This document shows, piece by piece, positions 23,800-35,560 of a DNA stretch of 64,000 nt. Each line of letters opens with the position of its first letter. The first letter of the stretch is position 1. The stretch is taken from NCBI RefSeq assembly GCF_006345805.1, contig NW_021832229.1:124001-188000 (forward strand). Direction: 5' to 3'. Source of the stretch: Octopus sinensis (lineage: Eukaryota). The notes under the pieces are model-generated. The model was not told the origin of the DNA. It searched no databases and worked only from the letters and a program-made list of their open reading frames with translations. The translations under genes were made by a program, and so were the position numbers.

Positions 23800-24350
23800 A
23801 TATTTCCCATTTTGTTCCACTATCTTTCGCCATCTTTGAGGCAGCTTCATGACCCTGTCCTTCCAGAACTTGGTATCTTTCTGGGTCATTAACTTGTCTA
23901 AGTGGCTTCTACACTCTTTTAAACAATCAAAGTTCTTCCCATTAAGAGAATTCTGCAAGGATCCCAATAAATGATAATCCGAAGGTGCAAGGTCAGGTTA
24001 GTACGGTGTGGGGGGTAAGACATCCCACCCAAGCTGCACCAATTTCTGCTGAGTCTGCAAAGAAATGTACAGTCTAGCGTTGTCCTTTCGGTAAGTCAGT
24101 TCTGGACGTTTTTCATAAATTACATCCTTCAATTGATGAAATCGGGGACAATAATAGTTTGAATTTTAATGACTGATTTCATGGAAGTAGCTCATAATAA
24201 ACAATGCCCTTTCAGGCTCAGCAGATACAGGACATCACCTTCTACGGATACAGACCAGCTTTTGGAGAGATAGAAGACGGCTCATATCGTTTTCGCCAGG
24301 AGCTTTTCCATTTTATGTTGTAAATAATCACACGTGATCATTTGTTTCAA
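23800..24350 (-). mobile_element. Mariner transposase relic
   Basis: Minus strand gives EKRPEL...DNAR and HPPY*PDLAPSDYHLLGSLQNSLNGKNF (YSPDL motif region). Confidence 0.8.
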
Positions 24351-24744
24351 AAATGGATAATCTTTGTTTCGTCTGATTAGTGAATTGCACATCGAAATGC
24401 GCTCTATTAATTTTTTTCCAAGTTATGAAGCATCGAAAAGTATACACAACCTTACCGATACCATGCGCATATATCATTATGTATATTTATAAGGGGAATC
24501 AGAGCCAACCATCACTACTTCTATCCCCGTGCATTAGGTTTCCACTGTGCCAGAGTCAACCTTGTTCAGTGCCTCATCTTATTACACCCACCTTTGTAAG
24601 TGTTGGTCTGATGTCCGTTTTCTCACCACGCAGCACCACCGGATATGCACAGTCATATCACAGAGAAACAAACCGGACAGACAGACAAACAATCATACAG
24701 GCAGTCAAGCAGAAATTAAAACTTAAGTCATCAAGTTAAAAACA

Positions 24745-24990
24745 GAACCGGACAGATATTGTTGTGTAGGACCACATGGAAAATATATGTTAGGTTATCG
24801 AAATCAACTGACCTCCCGACACCAATGTGGTTAGAAAAATGTAAGAAAAAGAGGACGTTTATTGACCATTGATAAGGAATTTGCAAGGCCATTACCCAAA
24901 ATACACTTTCCAGCTGCAAACCTGTTATTATTGTAGCAACAGAATATATACCGACCCGCCTGGAGCAAAGTATGTCCAAATGTGGAATAT
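24745..24990 (+). pseudogene. Restriction-like endonuclease fragment of an R4/NeSL-type non-LTR element
   Basis: NRTDIVV*DH.ENIC*VIEIN*P.DTNV.RK..EK...Y.PL, a decayed (R)PD...D/E...K RLE motif. Confidence 0.6.
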
Positions 24991-25326
24991 TGGGGAAAGA
25001 ATAGAAATCTTTCATCCAAACCCTACAAGTGATCACGATATCTGGGACTAAAACCAGTTGGATGAAATGTTACTAAGTATTTTCGACTATCGTGACAATC
25101 ATTCTGCCAGATCACTGCATTTTCACAGGCATCCGCTTCGATAAATAGATATAAAGATATCTAAATGCATGGAAGTACAATAGACTCATATGTGATAGCA
25201 AATATATTCCAAATTGAAAGCTTGTCTCTCTCTTTCTTCATATCTCTATCTCCCTATGCTTCTCTGTCTGTCTGTCTCTCTTTCTCGCTCTCTCTATCTA
25301 TCTGTCCCTCTATCTGTCTATTTATC

Positions 25327-25407
<81 letters not shown>

Positions 25408-26228
25408 TTGTATATTTAAAGGGCAAAAACCACTAGGTGGTCAGCCGTACACACACACACACACACACACCACACATATATATATATGTAGTGGATCTTG
25501 CAAGCATGAAGTGGTTTCGATCCACCACAGTCAAATTTAAATTAAAACTGCAGCAGAACTTTTCCAACGATGGAACAATGGTTTTTCTCTAACAGCAGTT
25601 TTTACATTTTCCAGATGCCCTTTAGTTCGGCCGAAATAATGTCTTCTCCCTTGACCCTTCCTAACCTATTCTACATCACCAAAACCTAGAATAGAAATAA
25701 CAAGACCACCAACTAAATCTATTGTTCTCAATGGTATGTCTATCCCTCGGCAAAAATACTCCAAGCAAATATCAGTTAGTCACAGTCGGTGATGACTCAA
25801 TGAGGTCTGGCTGACCAGCCTTGGTCAGAGGGAGAAATGAAGTTTACTGTCAGCAACTGTGAGACAACGTCCCATACCCTACACATCTCACCAGCTCTAA
25901 TTCTCTTCTCTTACAACATCATTCTGTCGCTATCTGTGGATTACTACTAACTATTCGTATACGCCAAACTATGTAAAGAAGCAGTCTACCCCATCAAACT
26001 TTACTTCGCATGCTTTTTGATCTATTATAACCTGTTCATCGAGGCAAGGTATTGTAACGTAACGGTAAATAAAGATTTCCTTAAAACTTCCTGCATTGTT
26101 CATCTTTCACATCCTTCAGTATGCGATTAGAACAACAAATTTTTAATCGTTGCATCTGCTGACTCCGACATTTTCATAATAATGTTTACCAATCAATCTT
26201 ACCTGGTACAATTTTATTTTTAATAGGC

Positions 26229-26440
26229 CACAAGTAGCTAAACACAGAGAGGACAAACAAGGACAGACAAACGGATTAAGTCATTTACATCGACCCCAGT
26301 GCGTAACTGGTACTTAATTTATCGACCCCGAAAGGATGAAGAGCAAAGTCGACCTCGGCGGAATTTGAACTCAGAACGTAACGGCAGATGAAATACAGCT
26401 AGGCATTTCGCCGGGCGTTCTAACGATTCTGCCAGCTCGC
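26229..26440 (-). mobile_element. tRNA-derived CORE-like SINE
   Basis: Minus strand GAGTTCAAATTCC B box then TTCATCCTTTCGGGGTCGATAAATTAAGTACCAG; same family as 44095-44305. Confidence 0.85.
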
Positions 26441-26699
26441 GCTATATATTGTAGTTTCAGCTCAGAGCTGCGCCCATGCTGTGGCACAGTCGTTTAGCTA
26501 CACTGTTATTACTGAGAGCCTCCTCTAGTATGTGGCACTTGTTGAAGAATGGAGTTTGATGTCTCTGCCCTCATTTGCACCTCTTGACGCGAGGTAGGTT
26601 CATCTGGGAATCTCTAGAGGAAGTGGTCTAGTTTTGATTTGAGAACACCTACATCTACTTTGTGCAGCTTCCTAAGACTCTTTGGGAAAATATTAAAAA

Positions 26700-26880
26700 T
26701 CTGCGAAACGCTTAGCAGTATTTCCAGTATCTCGTCTGTTTTCACGTTCTGAGTTCAAATTCCGCCGAAGTCGACTTTGCATTTCGGTGTCGATAAATTA
26801 AGTACCAGTTGCGTACTAGGATCGATCTAACCCTAACCCTTCCCAAATTTTCGGCCTTGTGCCTAGAGTAGAAAAGAAAA
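26700..26880 (+). mobile_element. tRNA-derived CORE-like SINE
   Basis: GAGTTCAAATTCCGCCGAAGTCGAC...GTCGATAAATTAAGTACCAGTTGCG. Confidence 0.8.
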
Positions 26881-27236
26881 GAGTATTGATTTCTCTCTAA
26901 TTACCAGATGACGACATAAAAACGATTATATAAAAGTGTGGATTTGTAAAGGAGAAACAGGTGAATAATAATTGAAAAGTGGGTTTGTCGTTTATAGAGA
27001 GAGAAATTAAGAGACTAAACGGTGTTGGCGGTGGAGAGAATTTGAAGTTATGCATATGATATGTGGACCATGCGTTTTATTATTTAAAGCATTGAGTTGT
27101 GGCTACGCTGGGGCTTAGCTTAATCAAGCATATAAACACCAATATTTTTTTAAAAGTCATATACGTATTTCTACTCTAATTAGTCAATAATTACTAATTC
27201 ATAGCATGTTTTTATAATGGAAATGATTTGCACATA

Positions 27237-27277
<41 letters not shown>

Positions 27278-27753
27278 TATGTACATACAAATGCTCTTAT
27301 TTTCACATTTATGTTTATTTCCTCAAACCATTATATAACTATATGTATGTGTCCAGCATTTTTATAAGAAGTAATAGAAAGGTTGAACTAAAATATCTGA
27401 GGAAATTTAAAAGAAGAAAATTATGCCTAATTATATCTGATGGAGTTATATATTTGAAGGAAAATGTTTAATTTCTAAATCAATTTTACAGGAATGAAAA
27501 AAAACTTTGTTTTATTCATATACTTTTATGCAATGTCGACAATAAATATCTGCCTTCAGCTAAAAAACGGAAATATTTTACATGATGTTTCAATTTTATG
27601 TTTATTAATGACAAGTGCTAATTAATATCCTTGGATGCAGTAAATATGCGTACATTTATCTTGCTTATTATATAGAAACACCATTATTATCATTTACAGA
27701 GTTGTAAAAACGGCACCGTATAACAGAACCATTCGCACCGAAATATATATATG

Positions 27754-27797
<44 letters not shown>

Positions 27798-27889
27798 CTT
27801 TGTATGTTTGTATGTATGTATGCATATATATATATATATATACATACTTATATATATAGATATACACACACACACACACACACACACAT

Positions 27890-27920
<31 letters not shown>

Positions 27921-27939
27921 AATATCTTGTATGTATGTA

Positions 27940-27977
<38 letters not shown>

Positions 27978-28059
27978 ACAATAAATTTGGACTAAATTTT
28001 ATTTAATCTAAAAAGTCACTCTTCGAGTCTACAATAATCTCAATAATAATAATAATGAT

Positions 28060-28500
<441 letters not shown>

Positions 28501-28614
28501 ACAAACTTATCTAAGGAATTCTGTTACTCCAAAATTTGAACGTAATATGAAGAACTTGGCGTTTATAAGAAATTATACATTAATCCCTATGCATTCCCTA
28601 ATATTATCATTATA

Positions 28615-28670
<56 letters not shown>

Positions 28671-28745
28671 TATATTATATATATATTATTAGTGAATTGA
28701 AGAAATGGAGTTGAACGAAGATTGAACAGAGATCGTTTTATTGCA

Positions 28746-28825
28746 TTCTACACGTGTTTCGAAAGGCACAGTTTACCAAATTCCGATTGAATAAGGAGAC
28801 CATATTGTGTCTTTCTCTTCAGGAA
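28746..28825 (-). ncRNA. Type I hammerhead ribozyme (mirror copy)
   Basis: Reverse complement of the 28958-29037 motif with an intact core. Confidence 0.8.
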
Positions 28826-28957
28826 GAAATAGGAAATCCGTTGGAAAAAACAAAAACAGAACAGAGGCGGAGCAAAACAAATCGAACGAGGCTCCTAAGA
28901 GCCCATGGCCAAACTGTTCTGTTCTGTTTTTGTTTTTTCCAACGGATTTCCTATTTC

Positions 28958-29037
28958 TTCCTGAAGAGAAAGACACAATATGGTCTCCTTATTCAATCGG
29001 AATTTGGTAAATTGTGCCTTTCGAAACACGTGTAGAA
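28958..29037 (+). ncRNA. Type I hammerhead ribozyme with intact core
   Basis: TTC-CTGAAGA-GAAAGACACAAT...ATTGTGCCTTTC-GAAAC-ACGT-GTA-GAA; G10.1-C11.1 present; palindromic stem III ACACGTGT. Confidence 0.82.
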
Positions 29038-29248
29038 TGCAATAAAACGATCTCTGTTCAATCTTCGTTCAACTCCATTTCTTCAATTCACTAATAATAT
29101 TAAAATTCAATTATCCGCACCAACGCACGGTTGCAACACCATATGGTTGTACCTCCAACCGTGCTGTCTTCTGCTGTGATTTTTGCTACCAAGGTATCGG
29201 TTAAACTTTTTGATTAATCTGCAACAAGATTATTCATCTTTCTATTTC

Positions 29249-29304
<56 letters not shown>

Positions 29305-29341
29305 TGATAATATTAGGGAATACATAGGGACACATATATAT

Positions 29342-29531
29342 AAACAATTGCAGCGTGGAAGGTGTTTGTAAGCCATTTTAGAAACACACAATATCCGTTC
29401 GATTCACTTCAACATTTAAGTTTAATTTGTCAAAATATTTTCGTCGCTAAAATCCGCGACTTGTTTACTGACAAAAATCCGTGCTGTGTTTCTTAAATGG
29501 CTTACAAACACCTTCCATGCTGCAATTGTTT
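29342..29531. repeat. Foldback with 46-bp arms around a hammerhead-shaped three-way junction
   Basis: 29342-29387 versus 29486-29531, 2 mismatches. Confidence 0.85.
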
Positions 29532-29596
29532 TCGTTCCAGCACACGATCTCAGATCAAATCACTTGCTATGCGAGTACATCTCCGTAATATATATG

Positions 29597-29638
<42 letters not shown>

Positions 29639-29694
29639 ATATATATATATCTATATATATATATATATATTATATATATATATATACACACATA

Positions 29695-29721
29695 CTAGCA
29701 GCTAAGCCCGGTTTCACCCGG
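29695..29721 (-). mobile_element. Possible Helitron 3' terminus
   Basis: Minus strand: short GC hairpin (CCGG-GTGAAA-CCGG), ~9 nt, then CTAG followed by T. 5' end not located. Confidence 0.4.
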
Positions 29722-31053
29722 TCTGTTTGGATGATGTGGCTGTGTTCGTTTTCCTGTTAGGCATAATCTATTACAACCTTTCTCAACCTTATCATTTCAG
29801 GTCCCCTGTTCCAATTGGAGCCTCCGGCTGTAGGAACATTTCCTGACATCCCCACCATTGTCAGAAAACAGCTTCAGGAGTTATGAAGAACGAATTTGTA
29901 CGTAGTCTGTTTCTGAGAGCTATTCTATTGGACCTCTGTCTAATCATTAAAACATTGATTTAGTTATGAACATAGAAAGAAATTATACATTAATCCCTAT
30001 TTTTGTAAGCAGTTGTATCCATAAAAATTTTATTTTTATAAATAAATTGAAAGAAGATATATGAAATGGACGTGTGTATGTATGTGCGTATGTGCATGTG
30101 TGCTCGTACCTGTGTGTGAGAGATTTTGGCTATTTTCTTGCTGAAAATTTTCCTAGTTTGAAAGAAACGAGTTTCAGGTTCAAATTAAGGCTACACATAT
30201 CTTATTTCTAACTTCGCGGTGTACATTTCTATTGCATTTATTGTTGTTAGGTGATTGAAATCATTAATTGTAGTTTTGTCGTGATGCATTCTTCCCTTTA
30301 AATGTTCTTCTCAATTTCTGATATTTTTCGTTTTCAGAATTTATCTTATTAAGTTAGCTGGTTTGTTGGGATCCGCTCTTGGCTATTTTCTCTTCACATT
30401 TTATTCTAGTATATCCTATTTTCATTTCGTGGTCATAAAATATAGTTGCAAAATAAAAACAAATTTCTCTTGTGTCCATTTTATGTATTTTCTGTTTCTT
30501 GCTAGGACTGAGGAGTTCAGTTTGATAATTTCTTTTTAAATTATCATCTTTGAGTGTTTTAATTTCTTTTCTTGTTGAGTTTTGCAAGCGTGATTTTTCA
30601 TAATTTTTTTTAATGAAAAAATCCTCGTGTGCATTCCCCGATTAAGAAAAAAATTTGGCGGATTGATACATTTTTACCCAGATTCTTTGACTTATTTTAA
30701 GTTCGGTGGTGGGTGACAGAGTGATGCGGTTTTGATATAGACCGTGATCTGATGGGCGTATCTATATGGGATCAGAGAGCTTTGGACACTGCAAGCATTT
30801 AAAACATTATTTTTAAGTAGTAAATGGCAATACATTTTACAGAGGTTTACTGCTGCTGTTAACTTTCAACAATTCGACAAGTTGTTTTCTGTTTTATTTG
30901 TTGCTTTTGGATAAATTTTTAAGCAATGATTAAACTTTTTTACATGGTAAACATCCCTAGTGTTCTTATTGCTGTTGATGTTGCTGTAGTTAGCAGTAGT
31001 GGTACTAGTAAATATTGCGTTTGTTGTATGTAATTTTCATATCTAATATTACG

Positions 31054-31238
31054 GCCTGTATGCCGGTTCGCATTATCAACGAACGGCGTTACACTGAAGA
31101 CTGAAAAGTCCTGCAGCACATACAGGAAATGTGTTGAAGCTATGGTAGACAATATCTTTACATGCATTAAATGGACCAATGGCATATCCTGTGTTGATTG
31201 TTGCGTCGGAAACTTATGTAACGAGAATGATTTCATTG
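31054..31238 (+). CDS. Host exon encoding the C-terminal part of a Ly6/uPAR (three-finger) domain
   Basis: PVCRFALSTNGVTLKTEKSCSTYRKCVEAMVDNIFTCIKWTNGISCVDCCVGNLCNENDFI: 8 Cys ending in CC-X4-CN, strong donor ATTG|GTAAGG at 31239. In-frame stop at 31031 and no AG before the first Cys, so the acceptor is defective as written. Confidence 0.75.
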
Positions 31239-32121
31239 GTAAGGGTTATCTATTGCCTAATATAACACCACCAGCAGATTTATCACAAATTAATAGTTAA
31301 TAAGAACATTGTATTGTAGTTAATATAAAGGAAGATATTTTGATGCGTGTATACGTGTGTGCATGTGTGTATATGTGTGTATGCACCTGCGGCAGTGCAT
31401 ACACAGATACACACTCACATACATATATTTATGTGTGTGTGTGTGTATGCGTGTATATATTTTTGGGTTTTTCATTCGTTTTAGGTCCATTATCCACACA
31501 TGCACTAATATTAATGAAATATTTTGAAGCCAACATTTTTTCTGGATTAGAATGAAATTGAAGACGGCTGGTATTTACATAAAGGATGCTTAGCTACATG
31601 CATACAAGACATTAACTGTTCCGTTCCTTTGTTCCAACTATAACAACCTGAGACAAAAGTCTTAATTTTTCGTTCGAAGGTCATACTGCATCTACTATTT
31701 GAAGCCCCTGTTCCTATACGATTGCCAGTCTATCTATATAAACCACGACAAAAGCGGGGCGCGTTTTCTATATGTGCAGACAAATGAATGTCTATGTTTA
31801 TAATATCTGTGTTTTAATGATAGTTCCGTTGCCCAATTTATATTTTAGCTTCATCTCCACAGTATAATTCAACCTTGACACTAAATGCAATTAGCTTTGC
31901 CAGAGAGCTACCATCTAGGCAGCAGTTCTCACAAATTTTGAGGCTGCAGGTTATTTTGCAGCCAGCACTTTCCATCTTTCTCCCATTCAGCTCCGCACCA
32001 TTACAACCTTGGATATAACTTTAGAAAAGTTGTATATATATATATATTTATATATATATATATATATATATGAATAAATGAAAGAATGGAGTCGAACGAA
32101 GATGTTAACAAAATTCCTTTA

Positions 32122-32203
32122 CTCTCGACACATGTTTCGAAGACAGCATATTTTTATTCCGAAGGAATAAAGGGTGCATTATGCAATCTTCTCATCAGGA
32201 AAG
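32122..32203 (-). ncRNA. Type I hammerhead ribozyme (in inverted pseudo-LTR)
   Basis: Reverse complement of 34446-34527. Confidence 0.82.
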
Positions 32204-32306
32204 AAAAGGAGCCTCTCTCAACAACAAGACGAACAAAAATTTCGATGATTGCCTACATGGTAACCAAAGCGATAATGAGTGTTTTATTAAGAAATTATAC
32301 ATTAAT

Positions 32307-33404
32307 AGATAGCCGATTTGGTCGGAATATATATTCTTTATGAAATGGCCGACCAATTCCCGGATATCTGTGGAGGTCTTTATCGCGACGATTGTCTGCT
32401 TTACCTCCAAAACGCTTCGAACCAAAAAATACAGAAGGTTAAGAACAGATTAGTTAGGTTTTTTAGTAGAATGGGCTTGCGCATAGGTTTTGATGATGAA
32501 TTAACTAAAGCCAACTTCTTTGACATTACCCTCAATCTGCAGAATAACTCATACTTCCCTTATCATGAACCTTCTACTAATCTTAAGTATATCAGCGTTT
32601 TCAGTAATCATGCCAAGCCAATTACCGATAATTTAGTTAAAAACATATCTCTGAGACTGTCCAAATTATCTGCTAATGTCGACATCTTTAACCAAAAAGC
32701 AGAATTCTATAACGCCGCCTTGTCAAGAGCCGGTTATAAGGAAAAAAGTATCATACATCGATCCAGCTCATTCTAAACCAACATCTGCTTCTCAAGATAG
32801 TAAAGTTACTCGTAATAAGAATAATGATTTTAATTCTAATAGTGCCAGCACCCCTGTACATAGGATAAATCCTTTACGGACTAGGGGAGGTAAGCGCCAT
32901 CCAACCCCAAATTTCCAACACAGAAATTTTCCCCTTACTATCACAAATAACACTAGGAACAATTCAAAGTCCACAAAAAACTGTATCTGGTTTGTAATAC
33001 CTTTCGGAAAACAAATCAAATCGAACCTTCCCTTACAGTTCCGTGAAGCCGTTGCTAGGAAATTTCACAGTAATTCTAGATATCATTCTATTATCAATTC
33101 ACACAAGGTAAGAATCGCTTTCTCTAACACTAGGAATCTTTCACAAATTATTTCTTCCCATAATACCAAGCTGCTAAACAAAAATTCTTCACCCGGGAGT
33201 TCCAACACTAATCTTACCAATTCCAACCCATCATACAATCATAATAATAGAAATAGTATTAATAGTACCAGCATTGGTAGCAGCGATAGTGTTAACAATG
33301 ATAATATTAATAATAATATTAGTCGGGTTAATAGCATTGGTAGTGTTGATGGTAACAACAATAACGGTATTATTGTCGGTGATATTGCTGGTTGTAGTAC
33401 AATT

Positions 33405-33438
<34 letters not shown>

Positions 33439-33929
33439 GAAATAGTGTAGTTGTTAGCGCTAGTAATAATAAAAGCAACAATCATAACAATAAAAACTCC
33501 GTCTCGATCTCGGAGGACAACCCTAACAGATTAAAATTTTTGTCTAGTAATTCCAAAATTAAGAATTCCATTTACCAGTGTAGAATTTCTTCCGGTACCG
33601 ATGCCTTCTTCTATATAGGGGCGACCACTTCTCAGTTATCCAAGAGAATTTCTAACCACTATTCGACATTCAGAGATAGGAAAAAACGGCATAGTACAGG
33701 GCTAAGTAAATTAGTTTGGCGTCTTAAAGACAGCAATATAACTTTCAAGTTGGATTGGTTCATATTGTCTGTATCCTTTCCTTTTGATAAGGGCAGAAGA
33801 TTTTGTAACATTTGTAACTCTGAGCTCTTCCATATTCTTTTCGCTAAGGTTCCCCTAGTAAACACACTCATGGAAAAATCGTACAAATGTAAACATTGGC
33901 AGAAACACACTTTCTACTCATATAAATGA
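32307..33929 (+). pseudogene. PLE RT C-terminus + Asn-rich linker + GIY-YIG endonuclease, one frameshift
   Basis: ORFs 32318-32776 and 32676-33929 join at an extra A in GAAAAAAG (32741-32748); EN motif SIYQC...FYIGAT..LSKRISNH, then CNICNSE...CKH. No CxxC between GIY and YIG, tentatively Hydra-clade-like. Confidence 0.85.
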
Positions 33930-34445
33930 TAACGATAGCCACTGTGGTTTTAACAATTAGCTTCACGTCCACACCACTGCTATAGACAAATTCTTTCCTA
34001 TGCCTCCGAACATTCTTTCAATCAACGTACACTTCCCCTTCCCTACCTATTACTCCTTTATATATTCCCTTACTACTACATATCTTTGACATATGTTTCT
34101 CTCTCTCACACACATAATCACACACACAGACACAAATATTCCCTTACTGCTACGTAACTTTGACGTATGTCTCTCTCTCACACACACAGACACAAATGTA
34201 GTTATATACACACACATACACACACACACAAACACTCGCACTCATTAACACAAGCACACACCCACACATTTTCATACATACAGCAAGCATACTGTCCCCT
34301 ACCTATTTTTACTTCCTCCTACTATCCATTTTTGACGTCAATGCTTATAACGGATTTTAAAAAAAAACACTCATTATCGCTTTGGTTACCATGTAGGCAA
34401 TCATCGAAATTTTTGTTCGTCTTGTTGTTGAGAGAGGCTCCTTTT

Positions 34446-34527
34446 CTTTCCTGATGAGAAGATTGCATAATGCACCCTTTATTCCTTCGGAATAAAAATA
34501 TGCTGTCTTCGAAACATGTGTCGAGAG
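34446..34527 (+). ncRNA. Type I hammerhead ribozyme with intact core
   Basis: CTTTC-CTGATGA-GAAGA..GCATA..(TTTATTCC-TTC-GGAATAAA)..TATGC..TCTTC-GAAAC-ATGT-GTC-GAGAG. Confidence 0.85.
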
Positions 34528-34720
34528 TAAAGGAATTTTGTTAACATCTTCGTTCGACTCCATTCTTTCATTTATTCATATACAACACACACATTTCTAC
34601 ACAAGAACCCGGAGTTTCTACCCTTGACAGGTCGCTTCAACCGTGTTTTCTGACGTGAATTTGCTACCCAGGTTTCGGTTAAACGAATTTTCCATGCTGA
34701 CGATAAACATAGGATAATAC

Positions 34721-34767
<47 letters not shown>

Positions 34768-34838
34768 ATATATATATATATATATTATTATATATATATA
34801 TTATATATATATTATATATATATATGTATATATATATA

Positions 34839-34907
<69 letters not shown>

Positions 34908-35004
34908 TCTTGGGCAAGTGTCTTCTGCTATAGCCTCGGGCCGACCAATGCCTTGTGAGTAGATTGGTTGATGGAAACTGAAAGAAGCCTGTCGTATATA
35001 TGAT

Positions 35005-35039
<35 letters not shown>

Positions 35040-35258
35040 TTGTGTGTATGTGTTTGTCCCCCTAGCATTGCTTGACAACCGATGCTGGTGTGTTTATGTC
35101 CCCGTAACTTAGCGGTTCGGCAAAAGAGACCGATAGAATAAGTATTGGGCTTACAAAGAATAAGTCCCAGGGTTGATTTGCTCGACTAAAGGCGGTGCTC
35201 CAGCATGGCCGCAGTCAAATGATTGAAACAAGTAAAAGAATAAAAGAATAAAAGAATA
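34908..35258 (+). mobile_element. SINE lacking its tRNA head
   Basis: Colinear with 20311-20727; tail of (AAAAGAAT) repeats. Confidence 0.85.
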
Positions 35259-35302
35259 TATATATATACATATATATATACATATATATATATATATTAT
35301 AT

Positions 35303-35377
<75 letters not shown>

Positions 35378-35560
35378 CAGGCGTTGGAGAAAATAATGGA
35401 AGCACCTTAAAATTTCAAACATGTTTATTTTAATATGAGGTAGTACCGCCTTTGGCAGTAATTACACCTTGAATTCTACGAGGTATGGTACCATACAAAT
35501 TTTGATTTGTTCCAAAGGAATTTGTGTCCATTCTTCAGCTAAAACAGTCTCCAATTCTTG
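35378..35560 (-). mobile_element. Solo end of the Tc1 family found at 36944
   Basis: TA-CAGG...AAAATAATGGAA.CACCTTAAAATTTCAAAC..., colinear with 36944-37130. Confidence 0.8.

Larger units (their letters stand above)
28683..29100. mobile_element. PLE pseudo-LTR foldback, ~180-bp near-perfect arms and ~52-nt loop
   Basis: 28683-28865 is the reverse complement of 28918-29100; each arm carries a hammerhead. Confidence 0.9.
32067..34710 (+). mobile_element. Penelope-like element, 5'-truncated, with inverted upstream pseudo-LTR
   Basis: 32067-32285 is inverted to 34364-34582; between them RT (GGLYRDD, NFFDITLNL), linker and C-terminal GIY-YIG, then 3' UTR and pseudo-LTR. Confidence 0.9.

Noticed and set aside
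25786-25865. GTGATGA ... GAAA with flanking CACAGT/ACTGTG
   Set aside because: Core C3 is missing and there is no valid stem III or cleavage triplet.
26908-26960. Acceptor/donor-bounded segment with KVWICKGE resembling an LU N-terminus
   Set aside because: Stop codons in all three frames.
30944-31033. ATG-initiated MVNIPSVLIAVDVAVV...YCVCC in frame with the LU exon, resembling a signal peptide
   Set aside because: Ends in TAA at 31031, has an Asp in the hydrophobic core and looks like a degenerate GTT/GCT repeat.
31849-32019. Phase-compatible open frame after an AG acceptor, as the next exon of the LU gene
   Set aside because: Part resembles a hAT-type terminus (CAGCAGTTCTCA) and the peptide has no recognisable feature.
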